Sequence record: SRR31156797_10354
Strand: one strand, 5' to 3'
DNA: 64,000 nt
Every line of letters starts with the position of its first letter. Positions within the stretch are counted from its first letter, which is position 1. Shown in pieces: positions 31,407 to 40,968 of the stretch. The notes under the pieces were generated by a model. That model ran no database searches, was not told the DNA's origin, and saw nothing but the letters and a program-made list of their open reading frames with translations. The translations under genes and the position numbers were made by a program.

Positions 31407-31438
31407 AAAAAGGTTGAGAGCAAGATCCACTCAACCTT
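31407..31438 (-). terminator. Terminator after the lplA-like gene
   Basis: AAGGTTGAG...CTCAACCTT with A-run. Confidence 0.7.
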
Positions 31439-31450
31439 CTTCGACTGTCG

Positions 31451-32965
31451 TTATTGTGCTTGATGAAGGGCATTCGTTTCTTCCATCAGCTGCGTGCCTC
31501 CTTGATTCTTCCAAAGTTCGATCGCAGCTTCCCAACCCGCTTCATCGATTTGTCCTGCGATAAATTGAACCCGCGCATCACTAATGATCTGATCAAGCTG
31601 TGCCCCTTTTGTTACATACGTATCTGTATTATAGGAGGCTGCTGGGTTAAAGACAGCGTGCTCTAAATCAGCTTCCATCAATGACAATCGTTTTTCATAG
31701 CTTTCAGTAGCCGCTTCTGTATCAGGCTTAGCAATATAGTACAGGGTATCTTCCGTTACATTCATCCCAATTTGTGAGTACCCTTTGACCGCATTGGCTA
31801 ACGCTTCAGCTTCTGATCCTTCTAGTGCGACGGACATTCCATCCACTACTTCAAAATTGATTCCTTCGATTCCGTTGTTCAGCAATACCTGTGCTTCTTT
31901 ATCATTTAATTTATCAAGGAACGTCAACACCTCTTTTAGATGTTCCTCTGTCTGGACACTCGACTTAGGAATCGCCAAGAAACCAGAATAGCCATCTGTC
32001 GGTAACGCATTCATCGTACCGCTATTATCTTTTAAATTCCCTGTAAAGACGACGAGGTCTTCTTCTCCAGCTTGCAATAATTTATTACTGATTTGTGCTG
32101 CTCGTGAATACGTATCAATAATGATCCCACCACGTCCATTGATAAACGGCTCATCCCATTTATCTGCTGCCATGGTTGCAAAATCACGATTGACATAGCC
32201 TTGTTCCACCATATCTTTAACAAATTGCATTGATTCTAGGTATTCTGGTTGCATAAAGGATGGCTCTAAAGTGCCGTCTATTTCTTTCCAAGCATTTCCT
32301 GCCCCAAACCAAGTAGCTAACACATCGTAAGGACTATTTGAATTGATCGAGCCAGGCCATTGGGGAATAATCAAACCAAACGTATCATTTTCACCATTCC
32401 CATCGGGATCGTTCTCAGTAAATGCTTTGGCAATCTCATAAAGATCATCGATCGTTTCTGGTACCTCTAAGTTTAAGTTTTCTAACCAATCTTTTCGGAT
32501 GATCACCGCCGTCCGCATCGCATCACGTTTCCGATAAATTCCGTACACTTTGCCATTCACAGAAGAATTACGCAAAACATCCTCGTTAGACTGAGAGAGA
32601 TTAGGATAATCAGCTAAATAGTCGGTCAAATCCCAAAAAGCCCCATTTTCTGCTGACTTGATAAATCCTCCTGATTTTCCTTGAATGACCATCACTTCTG
32701 GAATATCATCTGAAGCTAACGTAATATTCATTTTATCCTCATAGGATGTATTGGGTGCCCAGGTAATATCAATGTTTTTGCCAGTGTAAGCTTCTAATTG
32801 TTTCAAAATCTCGTTGTCACTTGCAGGTGGTTCAGTTTCAATGTACGGCGATAAAATCGAAATCGTATCATAATCTGTTGTGGAACCTGCTTCCTCCTTC
32901 CCACATGCCGACAAAAAGGCGACTGATAGTAACCCCAAACCAAGAATCGTACTTAATTTTTTCAC
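31451..32965 (-). CDS. Carbohydrate ABC substrate-binding lipoprotein (LplA/YtcQ-like)
   Basis: Lipobox FLSAC, IRKDWLENLNL, AFTENDPDGNG. Confidence 0.88.
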   Translation of the reverse strand: MKKLSTILGLGLLSVAFLSACGKEEAGSTTDYDTISILSPYIETEPPASDNEILKQLEAYTGKNIDITWAPNTSYEDKMNITLASDDIPEVMVIQGKSGGFIKSAENGAFWDLTDYLADYPNLSQSNEDVLRNSSVNGKVYGIYRKRDAMRTAVIIRKDWLENLNLEVPETIDDLYEIAKAFTENDPDGNGENDTFGLIIPQWPGSINSNSPYDVLATWFGAGNAWKEIDGTLEPSFMQPEYLESMQFVKDMVEQGYVNRDFATMAADKWDEPFINGRGGIIIDTYSRAAQISNKLLQAGEEDLVVFTGNLKDNSGTMNALPTDGYSGFLAIPKSSVQTEEHLKEVLTFLDKLNDKEAQVLLNNGIEGINFEVVDGMSVALEGSEAEALANAVKGYSQIGMNVTEDTLYYIAKPDTEAATESYEKRLSLMEADLEHAVFNPAASYNTDTYVTKGAQLDQIISDARVQFIAGQIDEAGWEAAIELWKNQGGTQLMEETNALHQAQ

Positions 32966-33004
32966 TACTTTTCCTCCTTAGATTTTGTTGTTGAGCTCGA
33001 TTAA

Positions 33005-33082
33005 ATAAACCGCTTTCAATACCAAAAGCATAACGAAAAGCAGGATTTCCAGCAATTGACATTTTTTGTTAATCGTTGATAT
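33005..33082 (-). promoter_or_regulatory. Promoter of the lplA-like gene: cre, -10, putative AraC site
   Basis: TGAAAGCGGTTTAT at 33005-33018; -10 TATGCT at 33027-33032; CAATTGACATTTTTTG at 33053. Confidence 0.55.
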
Positions 33083-33291
33083 ATGGCTGGGTAGGGAGTT
33101 TTGCTCTACATTTGCAGGTATCGTAAATTATAGGAAAAAAGAATAAATAGTTCTTCGTGTTCTTAGTTCGCTCAATTAATTTAATTATCGCAGTTTTTCT
33201 GATTCCTATCATTCTTAAATTCTCGTTGTAGAAAAAGTAGCCTAAGTACTGATGTTCTTATTCGTGAGAGATTTGGAAACATCTTATCATG

Positions 33292-33320
33292 AAAAAAAGA
33301 CCAACTCATTGGTCTTTTTT
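33292..33320 (-). terminator. Terminator after the first GH28 gene
   Basis: AAAAAAGACCAA-ctca-TTGGTCTTTTTT. Confidence 0.75.
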
Positions 33321-33384
33321 GATAATTCATCAGTTTTGTAGTACTAAGCGGATCACCACTCATTCATATCCGACAGAAAGAGTA

Positions 33385-34638
33385 CTACCGCTCATACACA
33401 TCATTTTGATCCAAGGTTGGCGCTAACGCAGTGACGATCGTTTCCACCATCTTTAAGTTTTCGACCCCTGCAATCTTGCCGAACTCGTCGGCATGGATGG
33501 AAAGATTTTTCATTGTTAGATTGCGGATCGGTTCTGCTGGGCTGGCCTCGATGAAGAAAGCACGCACGCTTTGTTGTCCTATTTTGGTAGCTTGCACGTT
33601 TTCAATATTAATGTCGCAGACCTTTGCTGGACCTACTGGAATAGCAGGTTGTGCCATCAATTTGTGCCAATAGTCGGGAATCTCTTCCGCATAATCAGCT
33701 GGCAGTTCTGGATAACTATAATCTGGGTACCAATTTGTTTGTAAGAGAAAAGGAAAGCCAACATCCTTCATCGTTAAATCCGAAGCAGTGACCTTGCGTA
33801 TAAATCCACCTCGATTGTTAGCGGATTTGATCCGAAACCCTGCGCCAGTTTGCTCAAAGACGACTTTTTGGATTTTGATCTCTTCGATCCCACCTGAAGT
33901 TTCACTGCCAATGGCAATTCCTGAACCGTACCCTAACTGACAGTCTTTGATCGTGATTTTCCGACAGCTTCTTTGCTGGGCTAAGGCTTCTGCCCCACGT
34001 CCCGCCTTGATCGAGATATTGTCATCGTTGCAGGAAATGTAGGCATTTTGAATGGTGACTTCTTCACAGGAATCAATATCGATGCCATCAGTACTAGGCC
34101 CTTTTCCATTGTCTATCGTGATGCCGTCGATCAATATGTGGTGAGAATACGTGATTTGGGTATTCCAAAAACCCGACTGTACCGACGAAATATCTTTGAT
34201 GGTTACTTGCTGACTTTCATAAACAAGGATATTTCGTGGGCGCTTGCAATCATAATCTGCTGCCCAGCGTAAGCCTTTCTTTGCATAATCCGCCATCATC
34301 CCGCTGGCTTCATCTGTTCCCCAAAACGTTTGCCACCATGTTTCTCCACGACCATCAAGTTTCCCTTTTCCCGAGATCATGACATTTTCTGCGTGAAAAA
34401 CATTGATCATCGCTGCAGGCCACTTCATATTGATCCCTGCGACCCGATTATCTACTTCGGGATAATCGGCCAGTTCTTGACTACCATACAGAATCGTATC
34501 CTCTGAGACAATCAAGTGCACATTGCTTTTTAAAAACAATGCGCCGATTTGATAGGCGCCGGGTGGTGTAATCACTGTTCCCTGCACAGTTGATGCTTGG
34601 TCAATTTCTCGTTGCAATAATTGCGTGATGTCTTCCAT
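33385..34638 (-). CDS. Glycoside hydrolase family 28, no signal peptide
   Basis: LFLKSNV, STDGIDID, NDDNISIKAG, IAIGSE, RIKS. Confidence 0.9.
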   Translation of the reverse strand: MEDITQLLQREIDQASTVQGTVITPPGAYQIGALFLKSNVHLIVSEDTILYGSQELADYPEVDNRVAGINMKWPAAMINVFHAENVMISGKGKLDGRGETWWQTFWGTDEASGMMADYAKKGLRWAADYDCKRPRNILVYESQQVTIKDISSVQSGFWNTQITYSHHILIDGITIDNGKGPSTDGIDIDSCEEVTIQNAYISCNDDNISIKAGRGAEALAQQRSCRKITIKDCQLGYGSGIAIGSETSGGIEEIKIQKVVFEQTGAGFRIKSANNRGGFIRKVTASDLTMKDVGFPFLLQTNWYPDYSYPELPADYAEEIPDYWHKLMAQPAIPVGPAKVCDINIENVQATKIGQQSVRAFFIEASPAEPIRNLTMKNLSIHADEFGKIAGVENLKMVETIVTALAPTLDQNDVYER

Positions 34639-34940
34639 TCTTGCTTACCTCCTACGCTTTTGTTTTACGCTACAAATAGGTTTGTCGATATCCATGACTT
34701 TTAAAAATTTGCGCATCGCCAACCTTTTTTCATCTATCATTTATTTGGATAGAACTAAGTGCTTCTTACTGGCGCTGTCCATCAAGTAAAGCGTTCCTCT
34801 TGGCACATCTCGTTGTCTTTTCCCATGTGCTTTCTGGCGTCCTTTTTCCTACATTCTTTACTATAGTCCCCTTAGCGGCAAAAGAAAGTCCTTTTTGATT
34901 TCTGAGGATCGTCTTTTTTTGTAACGTCCTTTCTTGTTAG

Positions 34941-34979
34941 AAAAATGCGCCTTTTTGTCTACAAAAGCAAAAAGGCGCA
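34941..34979 (-). terminator. Terminator after the FN3-GH28 gene
   Basis: TGCGCCTTTTTG...CAAAAAGGCGCA plus A-run. Confidence 0.75.
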
Positions 34980-35061
34980 ACCTGTCAAGGAAGGAAATAA
35001 GGTGCTTAACTAACTGTTTCTCATTGGGAAAACCAACGCAGATCATTTCCAAAAGCTTGTT

Positions 35062-36675
35062 CTACGTGCGTTTCTTTTGCCCCACCATGGATAGTTCGAC
35101 TGTTTCTTGGCAACTTATTGCGTCACTTATGGCCGCTCGATCAATGATCGCTGCCTCTTTAAAGCTGACCTCCTGACACTGTTCAAAAATCATTTTCTTT
35201 TGCCCTTTAGCTGATTCAAAGGCAACTGACTCAAAAGTAACGCGTTGGATCGGTGAAACCTGCTGTGTTTGTTCATCGACAAACCCTTTTAGCTCGACCA
35301 AAGGGTTCTGCCCTACGATACGGGTATTCTTGACCAAAATATCCGAAATGATCGGTAACTGTTGTGCTGCCTGACCATCGGCATTGTAAGCAACAGGATG
35401 AGCCATGAAACGATCCAACAGGCAATCGGTGATCGTCACTTGACGAATATAGCCACCACGATCATTCTGCGCTTTCAATTCTAGCCCATAAAGCGTATTG
35501 GTCAGTTGACAATCTCGAAAAGCGATATTTTCAACACCACCAGATTGCTCACTACCAATCGCGATGCCATGTCCCCCTCGAATAGCCAAATCAAACAGCC
35601 GAATATTTTTCGCTGGTCTATTGATCTGATTTCCTTCTGGATTTTTGCCAGATTTGATTGCGATACAATCATCGCCCGTATCAAAAACGGTGTCAAAAAT
35701 CAGCAAATTTTGCGAAGAATCTGGGTCCCAACCATCGCCATTGTCGATGCCTTTGGACTGAATAGTCACCCCATGGGTCACAACGGTGTCACAGTAAATC
35801 ATATGAACAGTCCAGCATGGTGGATCAATCAACGTCAGCTCTGTCAAATGGATGTTTTTGGCCTGCATCATACAGATCAAACGTCCCCTTACTCGTCTTC
35901 CAGGTTTTCCATCAGAAACATATTCTGGATACTGTTCACGGTCTGCATAAGGGTTTCGCATCGCTAGTCCTAATGGATTCCCGCCACCAATGATCGTTCC
36001 TTTGCCACAAAGACGGACATTTTCACAAACGATACGCCCTCGATCGCCCCGATCGATATACCCAATGTTGATCAATGAACGAAAACAAAACAATTCCCAG
36101 CCTTCATAACGGCTTAATGGCAACCCCTCTTGATTCACGCTTCCTAAATAATCGTGAGGGGCAACCCGATACGTTTCTATGTCGAGGCTTGCTTGCAATG
36201 TGCCATCTACCTGAAAAATCATATTGCTTTTTAGCTCCAACGCACCAGAAAGGATCACTGCCCCTGTTGGGATCCAGACAGTGCCATTGCTAGGGCAATC
36301 GTTGATCGCTTGCTGGAGAATGGCGGTACTATCTTCTTTGCCTGCGCTATCAGCATGGTAGGGTGCTTGCGTAACATCTAACAAAACACTTTTTTTCTTT
36401 GTACGGAAGGTCGTCGTGACTGCGGTATTTGTAAGCAGGCACCCCTGATGATCGAGGCAGATGATCGTTACTTGATACGTTTGATCGGCAGATAAGTTTG
36501 TCAACGTCCAATGCGTCTTGTTTGTTGGTCTGGTTTGGATCAAATCGTTGTCTAAAAACAATTGATAACCAAAAATAGCTTGGGCGTGCAGCGGCTTCTC
36601 CCAAATAAGGGTAGCTTGATGAGCGCCGATCGTGCTTGGTACCACATGAAAATCAATTACTTGAAATGGTTGCAT
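35062..36675 (-). CDS. Glycoside hydrolase family 28 with N-terminal FN3 domain
   Basis: LIWEKP..YQLF..LTNLSADQTYQV (FN3); NGDGWDPD, GDDCIAIKSG, GHGIAIGSE. Confidence 0.88.
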   Translation of the reverse strand: MQPFQVIDFHVVPSTIGAHQATLIWEKPLHAQAIFGYQLFLDNDLIQTRPTNKTHWTLTNLSADQTYQVTIICLDHQGCLLTNTAVTTTFRTKKKSVLLDVTQAPYHADSAGKEDSTAILQQAINDCPSNGTVWIPTGAVILSGALELKSNMIFQVDGTLQASLDIETYRVAPHDYLGSVNQEGLPLSRYEGWELFCFRSLINIGYIDRGDRGRIVCENVRLCGKGTIIGGGNPLGLAMRNPYADREQYPEYVSDGKPGRRVRGRLICMMQAKNIHLTELTLIDPPCWTVHMIYCDTVVTHGVTIQSKGIDNGDGWDPDSSQNLLIFDTVFDTGDDCIAIKSGKNPEGNQINRPAKNIRLFDLAIRGGHGIAIGSEQSGGVENIAFRDCQLTNTLYGLELKAQNDRGGYIRQVTITDCLLDRFMAHPVAYNADGQAAQQLPIISDILVKNTRIVGQNPLVELKGFVDEQTQQVSPIQRVTFESVAFESAKGQKKMIFEQCQEVSFKEAAIIDRAAISDAISCQETVELSMVGQKKRT

Positions 36676-36710
36676 CGGTTTGTCCTTTCTTCAACGAATT
36701 CATTCAATAG

Positions 36711-36744
36711 AAAAAAGATATTCCAAAACAGCGAATATCTTTTT
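36711..36744 (-). terminator. Hairpin/terminator between the yesQ-like permease and FN3-GH28
   Basis: AAAAAGATATTC...GAATATCTTTTT. Confidence 0.6.
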
Positions 36745-36750
36745 CCACAC

Positions 36751-37587
36751 TTATTTAAGACCAGTCGTGCTGATGCCTTCAACAATGTATTTTTGGAAAA
36801 TAAAGAAGATGATCAACACAGGCAGCAAGGAGACGACAGACATCGCGAACATCGCTCCCCAATTGGAGGTGCTGCTAGCATCTAGGAACTGCTTTAAGGC
36901 AATCGATACCGTGTAGTTTTGCGGACGTGTAAGGTACAGCATCGGTCCGATCAGTTCTTCCCATTTCCAATAGAAAGAGAAGATCGCAGCGTTTGCCAAG
37001 GAAGGCTTCATCAACGGTAGAATCACACGGAAGAAAATACCGACCCGTCCACAGCCGTCCATTTTTGCTGCTTCATCTAAATCTGTCGGGATCGCAGAGA
37101 CAAATTGAACCATCATGAAAATAAAGAAAGCTTGTCCGAAGTATGAAGGAACGGTTACCGGACGAATCGAGTTAAGCCAGCCTAATTGATTGAACCAAAG
37201 ATACTGAGGCACCATGATGATCTCTTGCGGCAGCATCATCGTGACCAAGATACAAGCAAACCAAAAGCCTTTTCCTTTGAAAGGAATTCGACCAAATCCA
37301 TAAGAAATGACAGCCGAAGAACAGACCGCCCCTACCATTGAAATCAACGCGATTTGCAACGAGTTGAAAATATAGCGAATGAAGGGAATCCCTGCGATCC
37401 CTTCAAACCCCTTGGTAAAATTTTCTAACGTCCAGCTTCGGGGGATCAACTCCGTTGCCGTTCGAAAAATGTCACTACTAGGTTTAAAGGCACTAAACAG
37501 CAGCCAGAAAATCGGATAAAGCATCAGTAATGCAGCAACTAAGATCACGGCATCAAAGAAATAATTTTGTTTTTGTTCACGCATCAA
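36751..37587 (-). CDS. Carbohydrate ABC permease (YesQ/RhiG-like)
   Basis: TMMLPQEIIMVPQY, DLDEAAKMDG, FQKYIVEGISTTGLK. Confidence 0.9.
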   Translation of the reverse strand: MMREQKQNYFFDAVILVAALLMLYPIFWLLFSAFKPSSDIFRTATELIPRSWTLENFTKGFEGIAGIPFIRYIFNSLQIALISMVGAVCSSAVISYGFGRIPFKGKGFWFACILVTMMLPQEIIMVPQYLWFNQLGWLNSIRPVTVPSYFGQAFFIFMMVQFVSAIPTDLDEAAKMDGCGRVGIFFRVILPLMKPSLANAAIFSFYWKWEELIGPMLYLTRPQNYTVSIALKQFLDASSTSNWGAMFAMSVVSLLPVLIIFFIFQKYIVEGISTTGLK

Positions 37588-38556
37588 TCAAACCTCCTCG
37601 TTTTCTTTAAACACCCAAAATTTCGATGTTGCGAACAACAGAATCGTAATCAACCCAACGATGACCAGTAAAATCCACGCTAAGGCTGAAGCATAGCCCA
37701 TTTTGAAATCGGTAAAGGCTCGTTGATACATGTACAAGGAATAGACTAACGTGCCGTTACGGGGTGAACCCGTCCCATTCGAAATGATAAACGCAGGTGT
37801 AAAGGTCAAAAAGGCCATGATCGTTTGATAGATCAGATTGAAAAAGATGATTGGCGTCAGGACTGGAACCGTGATATTGAAAAACTGTCTGATTTTTCCT
37901 GCCCCATCAATTTCTGCCGCTTCGTAATAATCTTTCGGAATATTTTTCAAACCGGATAAGAAAATCAACATCGACGAGCCAAATTGCCACGCTGCTAATA
38001 AAATCAAGGTCATCAACGCTAAGCCAGGACTTTTAAAGAAGTAGATCGGGTCTAAGCCGATCGCCGCTAGCACGCCATTGATCAACCCTGAATCGCCAAA
38101 AAGATTCCGCCACATGATCGAGACCGCCACGCTCCCACCTAAAATCGAAGGGATATAAAATAATACCCGATAAGCGCCGCATAATTTCGATGGGCGGTTG
38201 ATCAGCATCGCCACTGCTAATGCGACGATCAGCCGTAAAGGGACTGCCAACACAACATATTTCAGCGTAACAGTCAGTGACTGAACAAACTTGGGATCAT
38301 TCGTAAAAATCGTCTTAAAGTTATTCCAGCCAACAAATTGCGCCTCTGTCAATAAATCATAGTCATGAAAAGACATAAAAAGAGAAATCCCCATCGGGAC
38401 GATAATAAAAGCAAAAAAGCCAATGATGAAGGGTGAGATAAATAAGTAGCCTGTAACCATATTCTGTTTTGATTCTGGTAATCGATTAAACCAGCTTTTG
38501 AGTTTCCCAGGCTCTTTTGCCGTGGGTGATTTTGATTGTAGTTCCATAATTTTCAC
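37588..38556 (-). CDS. Carbohydrate ABC permease (YesP/RhiF-like)
   Basis: YIPSILGGSVAVS, YYEAAEIDGA, MGYASALAW. Confidence 0.9.
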   Translation of the reverse strand: MKIMELQSKSPTAKEPGKLKSWFNRLPESKQNMVTGYLFISPFIIGFFAFIIVPMGISLFMSFHDYDLLTEAQFVGWNNFKTIFTNDPKFVQSLTVTLKYVVLAVPLRLIVALAVAMLINRPSKLCGAYRVLFYIPSILGGSVAVSIMWRNLFGDSGLINGVLAAIGLDPIYFFKSPGLALMTLILLAAWQFGSSMLIFLSGLKNIPKDYYEAAEIDGAGKIRQFFNITVPVLTPIIFFNLIYQTIMAFLTFTPAFIISNGTGSPRNGTLVYSLYMYQRAFTDFKMGYASALAWILLVIVGLITILLFATSKFWVFKENEEV

Positions 38557-38573
38557 TTCCTACCTCCTATAGT

Positions 38574-38656
38574 TGATTACGCTTACAAGTTGATTTTAAC
38601 GAAGTGCTTCTTAAGAATGAATAGAAAAAAAAGCACAGAAATGTGAAAAACTAGAG
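38574..38656 (-). promoter_or_regulatory. Internal promoter of the yesPQ-like permeases: cre, -10, direct repeats
   Basis: TGTAAGCGTAATCA at 38574-38587; -10 TAAAAT at 38593-38598; repeats at 38620 and 38641. Confidence 0.65.
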
Positions 38657-38688
38657 GACCTATATTTTTTTCCTCCAGTGCTTCTCCT

Positions 38689-38724
38689 AAAAAAACGCCT
38701 TTACTGAAAAAGTCAGTAAAGGCG
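38689..38724 (-). terminator. Terminator after the yesO-like gene
   Basis: CGCCTTTACTGA-aaaag-TCAGTAAAGGCG plus A-run. Confidence 0.85.
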
Positions 38725-38736
38725 CCGCATCTATGC

Positions 38737-40047
38737 TTATTGATAGTTTTCTGCAAAAATTTCTTCGCAGCGTTGCGTAAAGGCATCATAAGTTTCTTCT
38801 GGTGTCATCGTGCCATAAGTGATCTCTGCGTACAGCTCTTTAAAGTACGTGTTGATTTCAGCAAACCCAATTGGTGGGATTGGGGATGGATCACCGACGA
38901 TGTCTGCAATATCATCTAAGAAATCAGAGGACTCTTGTTCTTCTGGTGTCATGTCGGCATAAAGCAATTCTTTGATGGCATCATTGGAAGGAATTCCCCG
39001 CTCAGTACCGATGATCTTATTGGCTTCTTCACTATTCACTAAAAAGTCAACAAACTTCGCAGCTGCTTCTTTTGATTCAGAAGCATTCGCGATCGAATAA
39101 AAGAACCCTGGTCGATACGCCATCGCCCCGTTTTCTGAGTCAAAAGGACGAGTCAAATTGATTTCGACATCTTCTGCGGCGGAGGCTTTATAGGTCAAGT
39201 ATTGATTGGACCAAGTCATCATATAAGCTGCTTTTCCTTGTGAAAACGGATATTGATCCATACTGTTGGCATTGCTAGTCACTTCTGCGGTTGGCATTGC
39301 TTTGGCTTCCGTAAGATCTGCGATAGCCTCCATAAATTCAACCCAGTTTTCTTTGGTAAAACCGATCTCTGGTTTGCCGTCTGCATCGTATTGGTATAGA
39401 TCTTCGCCTTTAGTACGTAAAAAGTATTGCAAAATCGTACTGTTGTCATTGTTATCATTCCAACCATAATCACCGTTTGCTTCAGCGATCGCTGCCGTAC
39501 TTTCCACAAGGTCATCGAAGGTATAATTGCTAAAGTCGATCCCAGTGCCCCCTTGTTCTACCAATGATGGATTGTAGAGCATCGCCATCGTATTGACAGA
39601 AGTTGGTATGCCAAAAACGTTTCCATCTAACTCGCCAGTTGCTAAAATCGACTCTTTGATATCATCGGTTTGAATCTCATTGCCGATAAATTCCGACATA
39701 TCTGCTAATTGATTTTTCGTTCCATATTGCGCAATGTACTGCACATCCATCTGGATCACATCAGGTAATTCTCCAGAAGCCGCTTTTGTCGCTAGTTTTT
39801 TCCAATGGTCATCCCAAGAACCATATTCATATTCAACTTTGATGTCAGGATTTTGTTTCTCAAATTCTTTGATCGATTCGATATACTTCTCGTGTCTGAC
39901 TTCTGAGCCCCACCAGGTAAAGGAAATCGTCGTTTTCCCATCTGCATCAGCTTCTGAGCTTCCGCTACTATTGCCGTTATTGCCACAAGCTGCTAAGGTC
40001 GCCCCAAGAAACAACAAGCTCGCTGCTTTTAAAAAAGTTTTCTTCAT
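38737..40047 (-). CDS. Carbohydrate ABC substrate-binding lipoprotein (YesO/RhiL-like)
   Basis: Lipobox TLAAC, WWGSEVRHE, LPDVIQMD, GTERGIP. Confidence 0.9.
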   Translation of the reverse strand: MKKTFLKAASLLFLGATLAACGNNGNSSGSSEADADGKTTISFTWWGSEVRHEKYIESIKEFEKQNPDIKVEYEYGSWDDHWKKLATKAASGELPDVIQMDVQYIAQYGTKNQLADMSEFIGNEIQTDDIKESILATGELDGNVFGIPTSVNTMAMLYNPSLVEQGGTGIDFSNYTFDDLVESTAAIAEANGDYGWNDNNDNSTILQYFLRTKGEDLYQYDADGKPEIGFTKENWVEFMEAIADLTEAKAMPTAEVTSNANSMDQYPFSQGKAAYMMTWSNQYLTYKASAAEDVEINLTRPFDSENGAMAYRPGFFYSIANASESKEAAAKFVDFLVNSEEANKIIGTERGIPSNDAIKELLYADMTPEEQESSDFLDDIADIVGDPSPIPPIGFAEINTYFKELYAEITYGTMTPEETYDAFTQRCEEIFAENYQ

Positions 40048-40064
40048 TCTTCTACACTCCTTTT

Positions 40065-40265
40065 TGTTTGCGCTTACAAGGTGATTGTAATGGAAATCCT
40101 CGTTAATAAAAATGAAAAAACAAGAGCAAATATGTGAAAAACTAGACTGTCGTTTTTGCTGAAGGCTAAGCCTTCATGGGCAATAGCTAGAAAAAAATAG
40201 AAAAACAGATGAAAAATGTAAAAAAACAGACATGCTCTATTTTTTCCAATATACTATGCTATACT
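40065..40265. promoter_or_regulatory. Divergent promoter region between yesO and yesLMN, with cre and four direct-repeat boxes
   Basis: cre TGTAAGCGCAAACA at 40065-40078; minus-strand -10 TACAAT at 40084-40089; boxes at 40111, 40132, 40195, 40216; plus-strand extended -10 TGCTATACT at 40257-40265. Confidence 0.65.
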
Positions 40266-40302
40266 AGCGTTGAAAAGGCTTACTTTTCAAAAAACAAGGT
40301 AG

Positions 40303-40968
40303 GTGGAAACAATGAAAAAAATACAAACCGGACTGTTTCGTCTTTTTACGGTAACAGCTTATTTTGCTAAATTAAACCTTTTATGGCTTTTCTTTACCCT
40401 TTTAGGATTGGGGATCTTTGGCTTCGGTCCTGCCACCGCTGTCACGATCAAATGTTTACATGATTTTCGTAAAACTGGCCATGACTATTCGGTTGTTGCC
40501 TTCTGGCAAGCCTACAAGCAAGCCTTTCGCACCTTTACCCTTTTTGGCATTGGACTATTAAGTACAGTACTCCTGTTATTGTTTAACTTACGGATCACTC
40601 ATTTTTTCCCGACTGAAATGGCTTGGCTGCGTCCTGTCTATTTACTTTTAACGATTCTCCTCCTCTACACTGCATTCATCAGCTTTATGACCTATGCCAA
40701 AGCCGAACAACACGCTTGGAAACAGACCTTGTACGTCAGTATCTTTCTAGTTTTTCGCTACCCACTGCAAGGCCTTGCCTTGTTGTTTACCTGGTATTTA
40801 TTGTTTCTCTTATTAACTGCCAAAACCTCCTTGTTACTCGTCTTTGGACTGGTGATTTTCTTGTTTTTCGCTGAATTTTTTCATGGTCAGATGATTGAAA
40901 AAACCAAACAATTGCAAGTAAAGCGAGGCAGTGTCCATGAAGTCCCAGAAGCTGATCAATCAATTTAA
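40303..40968 (+). CDS. YesL family (DUF624) membrane protein
   Basis: LNLLWLFFTLLGLGIFGFGPATA, FWQAYKQAF; precedes the sensor kinase. Confidence 0.82.
   Translation: METMKKIQTGLFRLFTVTAYFAKLNLLWLFFTLLGLGIFGFGPATAVTIKCLHDFRKTGHDYSVVAFWQAYKQAFRTFTLFGIGLLSTVLLLLFNLRITHFFPTEMAWLRPVYLLLTILLLYTAFISFMTYAKAEQHAWKQTLYVSIFLVFRYPLQGLALLFTWYLLFLLLTAKTSLLLVFGLVIFLFFAEFFHGQMIEKTKQLQVKRGSVHEVPEADQSI

Noticed and set aside
25534-40047. Missing ATPase genes for both sugar ABC importers
   Set aside because: Expected in Firmicutes, where a shared MsmX/MsmK ATPase energises them
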